The translations under genes and the position numbers were made by a program. Under the pieces are notes generated by a model. It had not been told where the DNA came from. It was given only the letters and a program-made list of their open reading frames with translations, and searched no databases. Of a stretch of 64,000 bases of DNA, positions 28,469-39,496 are shown in pieces (positions within the stretch are counted from its first letter, which is position 1; each line of letters opens with the position of its first letter). Origin of the DNA: a virus; IMG/VR virus record IMGVR_UViG_3300033143_002274, positions 11,167-75,166 of that record, one strand, 5' to 3'.

Positions 28469-29241
28469 TGTACAACCAATTAGTTGACAGAGAATTAACA
28501 TCTGATAAGTTTGATGGTTTTTACAGGGGAATTGTAAAAGATGTCAGTGATCCTAAAGAAAGTGGTCGGATTCGCATTCAGGTTTTTCCTATGTTTGCTG
28601 GTGTTACTGATGATGTTCTCCCTTGGGCTATCCCTGCTGATTCAACATTTGGTGGATCGGCAAATGTAGGCAGCATTAATGTCCCTATTGTTGGGAGTCA
28701 TGTATTCTGCTTCTTTGAGAATGGTGATTTCCGTTTCCCTGTCTATTTTGCGTCTGCTCCCGCCATACAAAACGATGTCCCAGATGTTCCTACATTATCA
28801 CGTGAAGACGATGGTACTGTTGCGGCAATCAACACAACACGTTCTCAGGGAGTTTCAACTGCATTTGGTGGAACATGGGATGAACCAGCAAGCGCATATG
28901 CTGCGGTATATCCACAAAATAAAGTATTCAGATCTGAAAAAGGTATTGTGATTGAGATTGATGACACCACTGATAATGTCAGATTTCATGTGTATCATCC
29001 AAGCGGAACACGCATAGAAACAGATGATGACGGGAATGTGACAGAACATGTTTCCGCTATCAAAACCACTGTCGTAATCAACGACAACAACATTGAAGTA
29101 AAGGGAAACCAGAATACCACTACAGGTGGGAGTCATGGTGTCAAGATTGGTACTAACGGCAAAATTACTGTTGGTGGGAATTATGATATCGTTGTCAGTG
29201 GTGTTTGTAATGTTACTGCTACCACAATCAATCTAAATTAA
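28468..29241 (+). CDS. gp5: Baseplate central spike (OB fold + beta helix, no lysozyme domain)
   Basis: YRGIV..DP..GRIRI, LPWA.P, P.VGS.V..FF.NGD, YP.N.V, IEIDDT, HPSGT. Confidence 0.9.
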   Translation: MYNQLVDRELTSDKFDGFYRGIVKDVSDPKESGRIRIQVFPMFAGVTDDVLPWAIPADSTFGGSANVGSINVPIVGSHVFCFFENGDFRFPVYFASAPAIQNDVPDVPTLSREDDGTVAAINTTRSQGVSTAFGGTWDEPASAYAAVYPQNKVFRSEKGIVIEIDDTTDNVRFHVYHPSGTRIETDDDGNVTEHVSAIKTTVVINDNNIEVKGNQNTTTGGSHGVKIGTNGKITVGGNYDIVVSGVCNVTATTINLN

Positions 29242-29259
29242 AATAGATAAATACTGTTT

Positions 29260-29679
29260 ATGGCGATTGATCCTAACAGTAAACTAAATCTTTATAAAAA
29301 TGAAATCAGTGAATTATACAGTGATCTTGATTTTAGTTTGTCAAGAAACACAGCAGGTAATGTTGTTATTGTAAAAAATATTGATTGTATTTCTCAATCT
29401 ATTAAAACAATTTTATCAACCACGCCGGGCGAACGCTTAATGCTCCCTGAATTTGGCAGCAATCTTAAAGAGTATGTGTTTGAACAGTTGGACAGTGGCA
29501 CAACAGAATTAATTATATCCGAAGTAGAAACAGCACTAGAACGTTGGGAAGACAGAATTGCGGTTATAGATGTGGCAGTGGAAGAAGATCCAGATGGTAA
29601 TACTATTATACTTACCGTTGAATATTCTATAAACGCCACAGGTGAAGTGGATAACTTCATCGGGAAAATAAAAACATAA
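29260..29679 (+). CDS. gp25: Baseplate wedge subunit
   Basis: YSDLD, IL.T.PGERLM.PEFG, WE.RI. Confidence 0.92.
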   Translation: MAIDPNSKLNLYKNEISELYSDLDFSLSRNTAGNVVIVKNIDCISQSIKTILSTTPGERLMLPEFGSNLKEYVFEQLDSGTTELIISEVETALERWEDRIAVIDVAVEEDPDGNTIILTVEYSINATGEVDNFIGKIKT

Positions 29680-29691
29680 TGGAAAAAAGTA

Positions 29692-32600
29692 ATGCCTTTT
29701 GATTATACAGATTATTCATATGATGAATTAGTACAAGAAGTAACACGTCTTGTGTCGGATAAAGATGAATGGAAGGATGCTTACCAATCATCTACTGGTC
29801 AAGTATTGATTCAGGTTGTTGCGGCAATAACAGATCAACTACATTATATGTTAGAACGTAGGTCACAAGAGAATTTCTTACCGACTGCCAGATTACAAAC
29901 CTCTGTTAATGCCATTGTTAACATGATGGGCTACAGACCCCAACGTAAGATATCTTCATCTGGAACATTAACATTGACGTTGGTTGATGGTAATGGAGTC
30001 CCTGTTCAGAACACCGACACAATTGTTATTCCGAAGTATTCTAAACTGACATTTGATGATGATGTTTTTGTTAATGTTGAAGATATCACATTACTCCCAA
30101 CACAAACATACCCGTACACTTTCTCTATTAAAGAAGGTACTGCCATAGCAACAACATTTGATCCATCAGATATTACTGGTACGTTATACCTAAGTAATTA
30201 TGTTGAGATTGATGATTATCTTAGTATTGAAAATACCAGTTTTTATATTTTCACAGCAACACAAACATTCATTGATGTGATTGAACGGGTGGGTACAGAT
30301 GCACCCATTGATTCTTTGAGTTTCGCAAATGCAACAGACAAAGTATATGATGTTAATAACACCAACAGTGGATTAAGATTATTGTTTGGTGATGGTTCTT
30401 CAGGAGAAAAACCAACAGGAACTCTAAATGTGAAATACATAGAATCTACTGGTGATGCGGTTGCGGTTGTTACCACAGGTAATGATTTTTTGTTTGATGA
30501 TTTCCCAACTGAGTTAGTAGATGACTCAGCAGCAACATACAAATACACATTGTCAAATACCACTAATATAGATGGTGGCTCAAACGAAGAAACAATCGAA
30601 AGTGTTAAACTGAATGCACCTGCCTACGTTAGAACTGCCAACAGAGCAGCATCGAAAGATGATTATGTTTTTTGGGTTAACCAATCAAACATAGGAAGTA
30701 TTGTTGGTGCTAATGCCTATGGCGAAGAAGAAATTGGTATATCAGTAATTAATGCCAACAACGTATACATAGTTTATCTGACTACTAATGGACTTCCAAT
30801 GAATTCTACTGACTTGGCGTTATTAGATAGTTATATGGATAATTATAAAATCATAACGGCACAGACTATATATGAAGCCGCAACCGTAATACCATTACAA
30901 ATCAAATTTAAAGTTAAACGTGACTTAACATTATCTGCATCAAACGCTGAAATTTATGATGTTATATCCAATGAGCTAATTAACTATTTTGCTTTTTGTG
31001 ATCAATCATTAGATAAGGATGTTAATCATTCTGAACTGATTGATCATTTCCATGATTTTACCATTGTCAAGAGTGGTGTAAACAAACTAATAGCAGATTA
31101 TATCAACATAGATATCAAAGCACTTTATGCTTTTTCTGTGGCATGGGAATCAGTTAATGATATTGATGTTACCTTTACATATGGTGTTGATACTGATGTG
31201 TACACAATACTTATAAATGACATTCCTTATTCTTATACTGCACAAGGTGGTGATACAGTAACTGAAGTTGTTGGGAAGATGCATCAACTCCTTTCATTAG
31301 ATTTGAACGTTGATTCTTCAGTTGCATCTAATGTTATTACTTTGTCGCGTAACACGTCAACTACCGAAAACTTATTAATCTATAGTGAAGATTTAACAAA
31401 TGCTGCATGGGTAACAACCGGAACAATCACTGTTACTGATGATGCTGTGGAAGCACCTAATGGTCTTACCGCAGCAACAACTTTAAATGATACTGATGCT
31501 GGGGTAGCATCTTTCATAAAACAAACTGCTTCGATGGCACAAGACAGTGATATCAAATCAGTTTCAGTATATGCTAAGAAAGATGCAGACACCAGTAGAT
31601 TCCCTGCAATATACTTTGCACACAGTGGTGGAACACCTGTCAGTAGTTTTGTTTCTGTTAATACTCAGACAGGAGCAACATCGGTAATTTCTGGTGCTAC
31701 CCCTACTATCGTCACTGAAAGTTTTGAAGACTATTGGAGAATAAGTCTGTCATTACAGAACAACTCAACAAATGACACCATTGAACTTGGTCTTTATCCT
31801 GCATACTCAACCACATTAGGTGGTGCAGTAGATGTGACACTAACTGGATCTGTTGATATGTTTGGAACACAAGCAGAAAACAAAGCAACAGTTGGTAAGT
31901 ACATAAGAACAACAACAAAACCAATTACACTTGCTTATGCTGAGAATGCTATAGAAAATAGATTGATATTCAATGAAGAATTGGATAACAGTGCATGGGT
32001 TAAAACTGGTACAACCATCACAAGTAATTCTCTTAATGATAGTGATGGTTATGCAACGGTAGATACTGTTACGTTTGCCGGTTCAGCTTCTGCTGAGACT
32101 GTTTCACAGACTGTGGCGAACGTTCACTCAGGTGAAACCTATACGTTTAAATGGAGAGCACAGCAAGGTACATTAAGCACAGCAGCATTTGGTGTGTATG
32201 ATGTGACTAACAGTGCATGGATTGTTGACCCTGCAACCAACACAAAAACATTAACTGCCACTTTAGATTCTTTTGAGACTTCATTCATTGTTCCAGACAC
32301 ATGTACTTCAGTCAGAGTACATCCTGTTCAAAATGATAATACAGCAGGAACAGTATATGTTGGGCAATCACATTTATTCCTGATTGGTAATTCAATGGAT
32401 TACATAATGAGTCATGAGAAGCAAGCATTCTATTTTGATGATAGCTTCTTCGTCACCAACACAGGAACAACAACCGTTGCCAATGCGTTGATTAACATTC
32501 CAATTCAATTACCACTACCAGTACTTGATAATTCAGAAAACGATCAGTTGTTCTACCCAACCAGTATTGAAATTATCGAAAGTGATGGAACTATAATTGC

Positions 32601-32823
32601 AACTGATAATGGTTCTGGTGTTATATATGGTGGCACAGTTGATTATGCATCAGGAGTCATAGACATACCTATCTTACCAGACAAAGATTATTACATAAGA
32701 TATATGCAAAACGTTGACCAGAATTTTAACGCCAACGAGAAACAAGCGTTTACTTACTCATTACCAAAGACAAGTTATACAACAGTAACTGAATTATTAT
32801 CTACCATTGAGATTATAAGTTAA
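29692..32823 (+). CDS. gp6: Baseplate wedge subunit with inserted beta-rich domains
   Basis: ENFL.TA, GY.P, FGDG..G.KP, GG...E, RA...DY. Confidence 0.9.
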   Translation: MPFDYTDYSYDELVQEVTRLVSDKDEWKDAYQSSTGQVLIQVVAAITDQLHYMLERRSQENFLPTARLQTSVNAIVNMMGYRPQRKISSSGTLTLTLVDGNGVPVQNTDTIVIPKYSKLTFDDDVFVNVEDITLLPTQTYPYTFSIKEGTAIATTFDPSDITGTLYLSNYVEIDDYLSIENTSFYIFTATQTFIDVIERVGTDAPIDSLSFANATDKVYDVNNTNSGLRLLFGDGSSGEKPTGTLNVKYIESTGDAVAVVTTGNDFLFDDFPTELVDDSAATYKYTLSNTTNIDGGSNEETIESVKLNAPAYVRTANRAASKDDYVFWVNQSNIGSIVGANAYGEEEIGISVINANNVYIVYLTTNGLPMNSTDLALLDSYMDNYKIITAQTIYEAATVIPLQIKFKVKRDLTLSASNAEIYDVISNELINYFAFCDQSLDKDVNHSELIDHFHDFTIVKSGVNKLIADYINIDIKALYAFSVAWESVNDIDVTFTYGVDTDVYTILINDIPYSYTAQGGDTVTEVVGKMHQLLSLDLNVDSSVASNVITLSRNTSTTENLLIYSEDLTNAAWVTTGTITVTDDAVEAPNGLTAATTLNDTDAGVASFIKQTASMAQDSDIKSVSVYAKKDADTSRFPAIYFAHSGGTPVSSFVSVNTQTGATSVISGATPTIVTESFEDYWRISLSLQNNSTNDTIELGLYPAYSTTLGGAVDVTLTGSVDMFGTQAENKATVGKYIRTTTKPITLAYAENAIENRLIFNEELDNSAWVKTGTTITSNSLNDSDGYATVDTVTFAGSASAETVSQTVANVHSGETYTFKWRAQQGTLSTAAFGVYDVTNSAWIVDPATNTKTLTATLDSFETSFIVPDTCTSVRVHPVQNDNTAGTVYVGQSHLFLIGNSMDYIMSHEKQAFYFDDSFFVTNTGTTTVANALINIPIQLPLPVLDNSENDQLFYPTSIEIIESDGTIIATDNGSGVIYGGTVDYASGVIDIPILPDKDYYIRYMQNVDQNFNANEKQAFTYSLPKTSYTTVTELLSTIEIIS

Positions 32824-34328
32824 TGGCACTGAAGGATGATCTTAAGAAGTATCTCCCACAATCACAACAAGGTAAATTAAGTCTTGATGAATTTATGGAT
32901 GCTGTCGGTGAGTTACTTGATAACTTCAAAGACTCTATTGATGATTTTCAGACGTATAATGATTTTGAAAAAGTAAAAGAATCACAACTTGATAATCTGG
33001 CACAACAATTTGACATAGTTTATCCACGTAATATGTCTGATGAACGCAAACGTAATTACTTACGTGATGTTGTAACCCTTTACAGATCTAAAGGTACTAC
33101 CAAGTCAGTAGAACGTGTGTTCAAATTGATTGGTTGGCAAGTTTTAATTAAAGAATACTGGATTGTTAATCCTGATTGGTACACAAACCCAACTGACATA
33201 TACACTATCACAAATGAAAGTGGGGCAACTTTCGACTTGGGGTTATACGATACAATCAATGGTGATGATGAATTTTATCGAAATGATAAAATCTATATTG
33301 ACTTGGTTGATGTATCAGGAAACGTTTATCCAAAGAGACAAATATATGGTGAACCATATCAGGCAACAGCCGATGTTAATTTCATCAAAGTACCCTACAT
33401 CAAAATTATTGTTACGTCTGAAGATTTTGATTTGTTTACACAACCTTATACAGAAAATGGAAACACATATACTTACGACACCACAGAAGAATTCGAGATT
33501 CTTACTTATATTCGTAATTACTTCTTGGATGTTATTCGTCCTGCTAATGTGGCAATACTTGAAATTTCAACTCCATTCCAGTTATCTGATACCTTTGTGT
33601 TTTTTGTTCATAGTGATACAGGTGGTGCAAGTATAAGTGGTACACCAAATATATCTTTTAACAATGCTGACCCATATACAATAACTCGTGATGTCGGTGA
33701 TTTTGTTGCTGATGGATTCTTAATTGAATCTTACATTAATGTCACCGGATCAACTAACAACAATAACAGATTCAAGATAAGATTGGTTACTGCTACCCAA
33801 TTGACTTTGTACTATGAAACTCCATTAGTGACAGAATTGACAGTAAGTGGTGTGTCTATAATAGATGAAGGTCAAACTTTATCAACTATTAACAATGGGG
33901 CTACATATGATGGTACATCAATGTATGGTGCATACAATATAGATCGATACATTATGGGTGAGACAATGGGTAATTTCCAATATGGTACTTCCCAAATAGA
34001 TTATTATGGGGTGAAAGAAGACGCACCTGATCAAAATATTGCGACTAATTACGCCATTGGTACAGTTGGAAATCAAAAAAGAATATTGTTACGCAAGAAC
34101 TCTGATATTGTGGTTACAGTACCTGCTGATGCATCTATCACAATTTATGCAACAAGAGACTCACACGACACTGTGATAAACGGTTCTCCTGTATGGGCAG
34201 TAATTGCCATTGGAGTCACTAATGTCACTGCTCAAACTCATGTGATAACAGGGTACTTCTCGTTATTTGTTAAAATTGACACAGCATCTTCCACCGGAAC
34301 AATCGACACCACCGTTAATTTGTATTGA
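32823..34328 (+). CDS. Baseplate wedge protein (gp7/P2 gpI-like)
   Basis: LD.LA, LYRSKGT, IRPA motifs; follows gp6. Confidence 0.75.
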   Translation: MALKDDLKKYLPQSQQGKLSLDEFMDAVGELLDNFKDSIDDFQTYNDFEKVKESQLDNLAQQFDIVYPRNMSDERKRNYLRDVVTLYRSKGTTKSVERVFKLIGWQVLIKEYWIVNPDWYTNPTDIYTITNESGATFDLGLYDTINGDDEFYRNDKIYIDLVDVSGNVYPKRQIYGEPYQATADVNFIKVPYIKIIVTSEDFDLFTQPYTENGNTYTYDTTEEFEILTYIRNYFLDVIRPANVAILEISTPFQLSDTFVFFVHSDTGGASISGTPNISFNNADPYTITRDVGDFVADGFLIESYINVTGSTNNNNRFKIRLVTATQLTLYYETPLVTELTVSGVSIIDEGQTLSTINNGATYDGTSMYGAYNIDRYIMGETMGNFQYGTSQIDYYGVKEDAPDQNIATNYAIGTVGNQKRILLRKNSDIVVTVPADASITIYATRDSHDTVINGSPVWAVIAIGVTNVTAQTHVITGYFSLFVKIDTASSTGTIDTTVNLY

Positions 34329-34339
34329 TAAATACAACC

Positions 34340-35098
34340 ATGATTAATAAATTTATAGATAATATTCCAACCAATATACATGGTGAGTTCGAACTAAAAA
34401 TAATTGAAAAATCGACAGGTAATGTTATTGATTCATATGAAGACAAAAATATCATTGTACTTGATTCAAAATCAGCAATTATAAGTGCAATATCAACCAC
34501 TAACAACAATGGGGTTATTGAGGTATTGAAAGTGGGGAGTGATGTGGGTGATCCAGTATCAATGACCGGAACACCAAATCTTAATTTTGTTGATTCAAAT
34601 CCAGATACAATAGTTCGTACCACTGGTAGTTGGGTGACTGATGGTTTCATAGATGAAATGGTAATAACCATAACAAGTTCAACCAGTAATAATACAACGT
34701 ATACTATTGATTCTGTTACTGCAACCACACTCACCTTAATTAGTGGTGACACAATTGTAGTTGAAACTGGTAGTTCTGGTGTATCAGTTTCTGGCGCACC
34801 TTCCTTAGATAATCCAATACCACCATCAGACACATATAACGCAAGTACAATGTCTATTATATATACTGATCCCGACCCATTCACTGTTGGGTATTCTAAT
34901 TCTACATCAGTTACATTCAGTTCAACTATATCGGGTGTAGACGTAATGACTTATTACCCACTTGATATAACTAAAATAATCACAAGTGCTGCATTACATA
35001 CTGGTAATACTAATGTGTTTGCCTATAAACGATTCCCCCAAAAATCAATATCCAAATTAGTTGATATATTGGTTAACTGGACGATAAAATTTGATTGA
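34340..35098 (+). CDS. Baseplate/tail-fibre attachment protein; start refined to 34340
   Basis: HGEF.L, KNIIV, FAYKRFP...W.I.F. Confidence 0.6.
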   Translation: MINKFIDNIPTNIHGEFELKIIEKSTGNVIDSYEDKNIIVLDSKSAIISAISTTNNNGVIEVLKVGSDVGDPVSMTGTPNLNFVDSNPDTIVRTTGSWVTDGFIDEMVITITSSTSNNTTYTIDSVTATTLTLISGDTIVVETGSSGVSVSGAPSLDNPIPPSDTYNASTMSIIYTDPDPFTVGYSNSTSVTFSSTISGVDVMTYYPLDITKIITSAALHTGNTNVFAYKRFPQKSISKLVDILVNWTIKFD

Positions 35099-35123
35099 TA
35101 AATAAATTAAAAGGGGACATAGG

Positions 35124-35486
35124 ATGATTAAAGTAACGATAGATACTATTTTGAAAAGTGTGGGCGCATTAAAAGATTTGTCTGACAAAGATATAAGTAT
35201 CAATATCAGTATAAAATTAGTTAAGGCGTTAAAAGAACTTAATACAGTAATAGAAGTTTTTGAACAAAGTCGTAATGGGCTTTTTAAAAAGTATGGTGGT
35301 GAAGAAAATGATGATGGCACTATTACCATATTAGAAGAACACAGTAAAACCTTTAATCAGGAATACAATAATTTAACCAAAGAAATAGTAGAAGTAGATT
35401 TTGATAAGTTTGATATTGAAGTGTTTGGTGAGGTCAATATCAAAACATCTACATTACTGTTGTTAGATTGGTTAATCGAAATTTAA
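35124..35486 (+). CDS. Hypothetical conserved phage protein
   Basis: ORF with RBS and GATAAATA upstream. Confidence 0.65.
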   Translation: MIKVTIDTILKSVGALKDLSDKDISINISIKLVKALKELNTVIEVFEQSRNGLFKKYGGEENDDGTITILEEHSKTFNQEYNNLTKEIVEVDFDKFDIEVFGEVNIKTSTLLLLDWLIEI

Positions 35487-35499
35487 CAGGAATAAGCAA

Positions 35500-36549
35500 A
35501 TGGCATTACTAATAAAAACCGCAATAACACCTATCATATCAGGAGACATAGTTGAACCTACTGTTGCTAATGAACCTCATGATGATTTGGAAACAAACAT
35601 TGATACGTTGATTGATTATATAAAAAACACACCAAGTGGTTGGTTTGAATATGATGATGTCAACAGTACCGGATTAACATTTAATTATGATGGTGGTGTG
35701 TATAATAACCAAAATGTCCCATATGATATTTCTGCGGGGACTCGTTCTTTGGGTGCATCAGTAACAAGTTATGTTGAGATAGATTCTTCTACGAATACAA
35801 TATCACATAACACATCAAGTTTTAGTGCGGCTAACATTCCTTTATGGGAAGTAGTCACAGACGGAAGCAGTATCACAGGAACTACTGACAGACGTTCTCC
35901 TTTCTTTTTGAGAACTACGCGGGGGGTTACTGATACAGCAACAACAGTACAGGTGGCAATTACTGATACCAATGTAACATTCAGTAATGATATTGTGTAC
36001 ACTAACGCATCTATATCTGGTGCAGTAACTTATGCTATCCGTCCTGCGTTTGATGGGGGTACATCAGGATCAACATCACCATTCACTGTAGACAGTACAC
36101 AAGTCGTAACTAACTTAAATGCAGATTTACTTGATGGTTTAGATCAAGGTGATTTTATTCGAAGTAATTTAGCAGATACTATAAGTGGTGTACTTACTTT
36201 TAATGCAATACCACTTTTCAATGGTGGTACATCAGGAGCATCATCACCGTTCACTGTAGACAGTACACAAGTCGTAACTAACTTAAATGCAGATTTACTT
36301 GATGACATTCAAGGAGCATCATATGCACGAAGTGATGCTGCTGATACTATATCTGCGATACATACACACACAGCAAGACCAGCATTCAATGGTGGTACAT
36401 CAGGATCAACATCACCATTCACTGTAGACAGTACACAAGTCGTAACTAACTTAAATGCAGATAGATGGGATGGTGGACATAAAACTGTATCTACCGCAGC
36501 ACCCACAGGCGGCACAGACCTTGATGTATGGTTTGAGTACACTGTCTAA
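35500..36549 (+). CDS. Tail fibre, proximal segment
   Basis: VTNLNADLLDG repeats, Thr/Ser-rich. Confidence 0.8.
   Translation: MALLIKTAITPIISGDIVEPTVANEPHDDLETNIDTLIDYIKNTPSGWFEYDDVNSTGLTFNYDGGVYNNQNVPYDISAGTRSLGASVTSYVEIDSSTNTISHNTSSFSAANIPLWEVVTDGSSITGTTDRRSPFFLRTTRGVTDTATTVQVAITDTNVTFSNDIVYTNASISGAVTYAIRPAFDGGTSGSTSPFTVDSTQVVTNLNADLLDGLDQGDFIRSNLADTISGVLTFNAIPLFNGGTSGASSPFTVDSTQVVTNLNADLLDDIQGASYARSDAADTISAIHTHTARPAFNGGTSGSTSPFTVDSTQVVTNLNADRWDGGHKTVSTAAPTGGTDLDVWFEYTV
36058..36462 (+). repeat. Three intragenic direct repeats, 168-nt period, with identical 45-nt core
   Basis: TTCACTGTAGACAGTACACAAGTCGTAACTAACTTAAATGCAGAT at 36082, 36250, 36418. Confidence 0.9.
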
Positions 36550-37778
36550 TGGCAATTAAAACTTATTTGAAGGTTTCTGCCATATGGAAAGAAGCTAAAA
36601 AAATATATGTTAATGTTTCTGGTTCATGGAAAAGTGTCAGAAAAATTTGGGCAAATGTATCAGGTACATGGGAACAAGTATTTGGTAGTCCTGATATACC
36701 TGCTGGTGCTATAGTGTTATTCACTGGCGGCACAACACCTACAGGTTGGACAGACATCAGTTCTGCAACTGGTACAAGATTTATTATGGGATCAGGAACA
36801 ACTTATCTTTGGCCGGTAGTAGGTGGAAGTGACACAGTAGCTTTGTCCGGTACTACTACTAATATTGGTAGTCATGGTGCTACTAATCCAGAAGAAGGAC
36901 GAGCATGGGCATTTGGAATTAATGCAGGTTCATGTTATCCAACAAAACGTGGGACGGAGTTTCTTAGTTGTGGTGGACACGAACACACTCATTCAAAAAC
37001 TGTCACACTTACCCCCCAATATCAAAATTATAAATTAATACAAAATGATGCTGTTACTGCTCATTTACCAATAGGTGCTATATTATTATCTGAAGCTACA
37101 TTAGATGGATCATGGGGATTATCACAGATAACAGCACCAGAAAGACTTGTAAGAGTGAATACTGCTTCTGGTGGTACTGGTGGTGTGGTGGAAACTTCAG
37201 CGACTGCTGATACAGTTGTCACATCGTCTAATGGTTCTCATGGACATCATGCCGGGCCACTAATAATAACAGTACCAGATACCGAGAATTATTGTTATGA
37301 AGCTAATGTTAGTGCTCCCTTAGCACAGTATGCAGGTTCACACAGCCATACACTAAGTTATATTTATACCAGAGACTTAGCAAAGTATAAATTATGTGGA
37401 TGGGACTCAACAACTATTGCTGGTGTAGTTCCTAATTCTATAATAATGTATGACTCTGGTACTGCTCCAACAGGATGGGCAATGTGTGATGGCACAAATG
37501 GCACACCTGATATGAGAGACAAGATGCTTTATTTATCTAGTTTAGCTAATGCAGGATCATCTGGTACTGATTCTTTAACAGTAACTTATAGTACTGACAG
37601 TCAAGGGGCACATCAACATGAGGGTGCAGATGAAACGGGTGGGGATATATATGGTATCAACAATGATTTATGGCATAAAACGGTTAAAAACGCTCACACC
37701 CACACTGGGAGTGTCAGTTCTACTTTTACTCAACCAGAATTTAAAGCAATATATTTTATAATGTATGTAGGAGCTTAA
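36549..37778 (+). CDS. Tail fibre distal/receptor-binding protein with collar domains and HxH motifs
   Basis: PAGAIV..PTGW, PTGWAMCDGTNGTPDMRD; HEHTH, HSH, HQH, HTH. Confidence 0.85.
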   Translation: MAIKTYLKVSAIWKEAKKIYVNVSGSWKSVRKIWANVSGTWEQVFGSPDIPAGAIVLFTGGTTPTGWTDISSATGTRFIMGSGTTYLWPVVGGSDTVALSGTTTNIGSHGATNPEEGRAWAFGINAGSCYPTKRGTEFLSCGGHEHTHSKTVTLTPQYQNYKLIQNDAVTAHLPIGAILLSEATLDGSWGLSQITAPERLVRVNTASGGTGGVVETSATADTVVTSSNGSHGHHAGPLIITVPDTENYCYEANVSAPLAQYAGSHSHTLSYIYTRDLAKYKLCGWDSTTIAGVVPNSIIMYDSGTAPTGWAMCDGTNGTPDMRDKMLYLSSLANAGSSGTDSLTVTYSTDSQGAHQHEGADETGGDIYGINNDLWHKTVKNAHTHTGSVSSTFTQPEFKAIYFIMYVGA

Positions 37779-37780
37779 TA

Positions 37781-38122
37781 ATGATAATTAATATATCTAA
37801 GATGGATGGCGTATTACAAGTTGCTTGTATTGATTACACAGTGGATATTGGAAACACGTACCATTTGGAAATGGTTTGGACTGTACCAGATTTTTTAGAA
37901 ATTTTTCCAGATTTACCATTAACGCCAGATATTGAATCTGTATCTTATGAAACACACAGTAGCATATACCATGTGTGTACTGTCGATGGAGGGGTAAAAG
38001 CATTCCCTACACCCGTAGGACATGTGTTGTTGGAATGGATACATACCCATTCTGAACAAATCATACAAGATGGTACGGTAAGAGCAGCATTGGGAGCAGG
38101 AGAACCAGATGATAACTTATAA
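37781..38122 (+). CDS. Hypothetical, possible fibre accessory protein
   Basis: Directly follows the fibre gene. Confidence 0.55.
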   Translation: MIINISKMDGVLQVACIDYTVDIGNTYHLEMVWTVPDFLEIFPDLPLTPDIESVSYETHSSIYHVCTVDGGVKAFPTPVGHVLLEWIHTHSEQIIQDGTVRAALGAGEPDDNL

Positions 38123-38984
38123 CAACAACACAGGAATTATTCACAAAAATGGCAGAATAGTTCTTTTGACACGAAAACCACTTAATTTGGACATAGTTTA
38201 TGATTCTTTATACTATGAACCAGAAACGAATAACAAGGTTAAAGTAATTGGTAACGTAACTACACCTTTAACAGAAAAGGAATGTGCCAAAATTGCCAAA
38301 TTTATAAAAAATTATGAACTACCAAAAGAAACCCATCTTGTCACACCTGAAGGTGTGTATGCGGGGTTTGGTATAAATGAAGATTTTACGAAGATAGATA
38401 GTGCTCCACCTTCAGGTGGTAATTATTATCTGGTAGATGGTGTATGGACTTGGGTGTTAGCAGTTGATAGTGGTGGTAGATTCTTAGGTAATATACCCAT
38501 TGATACAACTGGGGTTACAGCAGTAGATTCCACACCTGAAAACGAATTCCAGTTATGGGATTTTAGTAATAACAAATGGAAAGATATCAGATCAATAGAA
38601 CAATATTTGGTAGCAGCTTATATCGACATTAACAAAGCAGTAAGTGACGCACGTATCAGATATACAACAGATATTGTCGGTCAGGAAAATATCTATAAGT
38701 TAAAATTACAAGAAGTTGACAAGTATATAACTGCGTCAGGCAAAAAAAGTAAAAAAATTAAGGAAACTGATTTTCCTTTGACCAATGCTTATGCTTTGGC
38801 TAATGGTATTGATTTAGATTCAGCTATATCTTTGACTAACAAAAAATCAGTAGAATGGTTAAGCAAGGAACAAGAGATTGAAATTTTACGGATTAATGTC
38901 AAAGCCAAACTTACTAACACCGAAACTATAACAGAAGCAAAAATCATAGTCACAAAGGTTATTGCTGAGTTAAGCGTATTGTAA
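38109..38984 (+). CDS. Tail fibre assembly chaperone-like protein
   Basis: WDF..NKW.D, I....AR.RY....GQ..IY..K..E pattern. Confidence 0.65.
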   Translation: MITYNNNTGIIHKNGRIVLLTRKPLNLDIVYDSLYYEPETNNKVKVIGNVTTPLTEKECAKIAKFIKNYELPKETHLVTPEGVYAGFGINEDFTKIDSAPPSGGNYYLVDGVWTWVLAVDSGGRFLGNIPIDTTGVTAVDSTPENEFQLWDFSNNKWKDIRSIEQYLVAAYIDINKAVSDARIRYTTDIVGQENIYKLKLQEVDKYITASGKKSKKIKETDFPLTNAYALANGIDLDSAISLTNKKSVEWLSKEQEIEILRINVKAKLTNTETITEAKIIVTKVIAELSVL

Positions 38985-39496
38985 TGAACACTAATCAAAA
39001 ATTATGGTTAGCTGATTTCATATTATCTAACACTTTTGAAAACGTGTTACCAATCATTAAAGCAGTCAAAGATAATGTTGAATTTGAAGTATTAACTAAA
39101 ATTGCTGAGTTTGGTATAGCTGAAGGTTACAGAAAAGAAGAAGGTGTGGTTGATACTCCCAAATTTAAAACGGAAGATATCGGTGTTGTTGGTAATGTCT
39201 GGGTCAGAGTACAATACTATCCTACGATTAATGATAAGCATGATGGACATAAACACCATCACGATCATTTATCACTGCTTGCCAAAGGGTCATTACGAGT
39301 AAAAGTAGAAGGATGTAAGCCTGTTATTTACAATGCACCTTGCTTCTTCAGTGTAAAAGCAGAACACCATCATGAATTAATCCCTCTTGAAGATGACACA
39401 ATTGCCTATTGTATATTTGCCTTACGTAATGATAAAGGTGAAGTTGTTGATGATTTTGATGGTAACACTTCACATTATGAAATGATTAAAGACTAA
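38984..39496 (+). CDS. Cupin-domain protein
   Basis: GHKHHHDHLSLLAKGSLRV..AP....V.AEHHH.L..LEDDT..YC. Confidence 0.8.
   Translation: MNTNQKLWLADFILSNTFENVLPIIKAVKDNVEFEVLTKIAEFGIAEGYRKEEGVVDTPKFKTEDIGVVGNVWVRVQYYPTINDKHDGHKHHHDHLSLLAKGSLRVKVEGCKPVIYNAPCFFSVKAEHHHELIPLEDDTIAYCIFALRNDKGEVVDDFDGNTSHYEMIKD

Noticed and set aside
36058-36462. CRISPR array or DGR template/variable repeat
   Set aside because: Repeats are in-frame coding units; no adenine-biased mismatches; no reverse transcriptase or cas gene in the window
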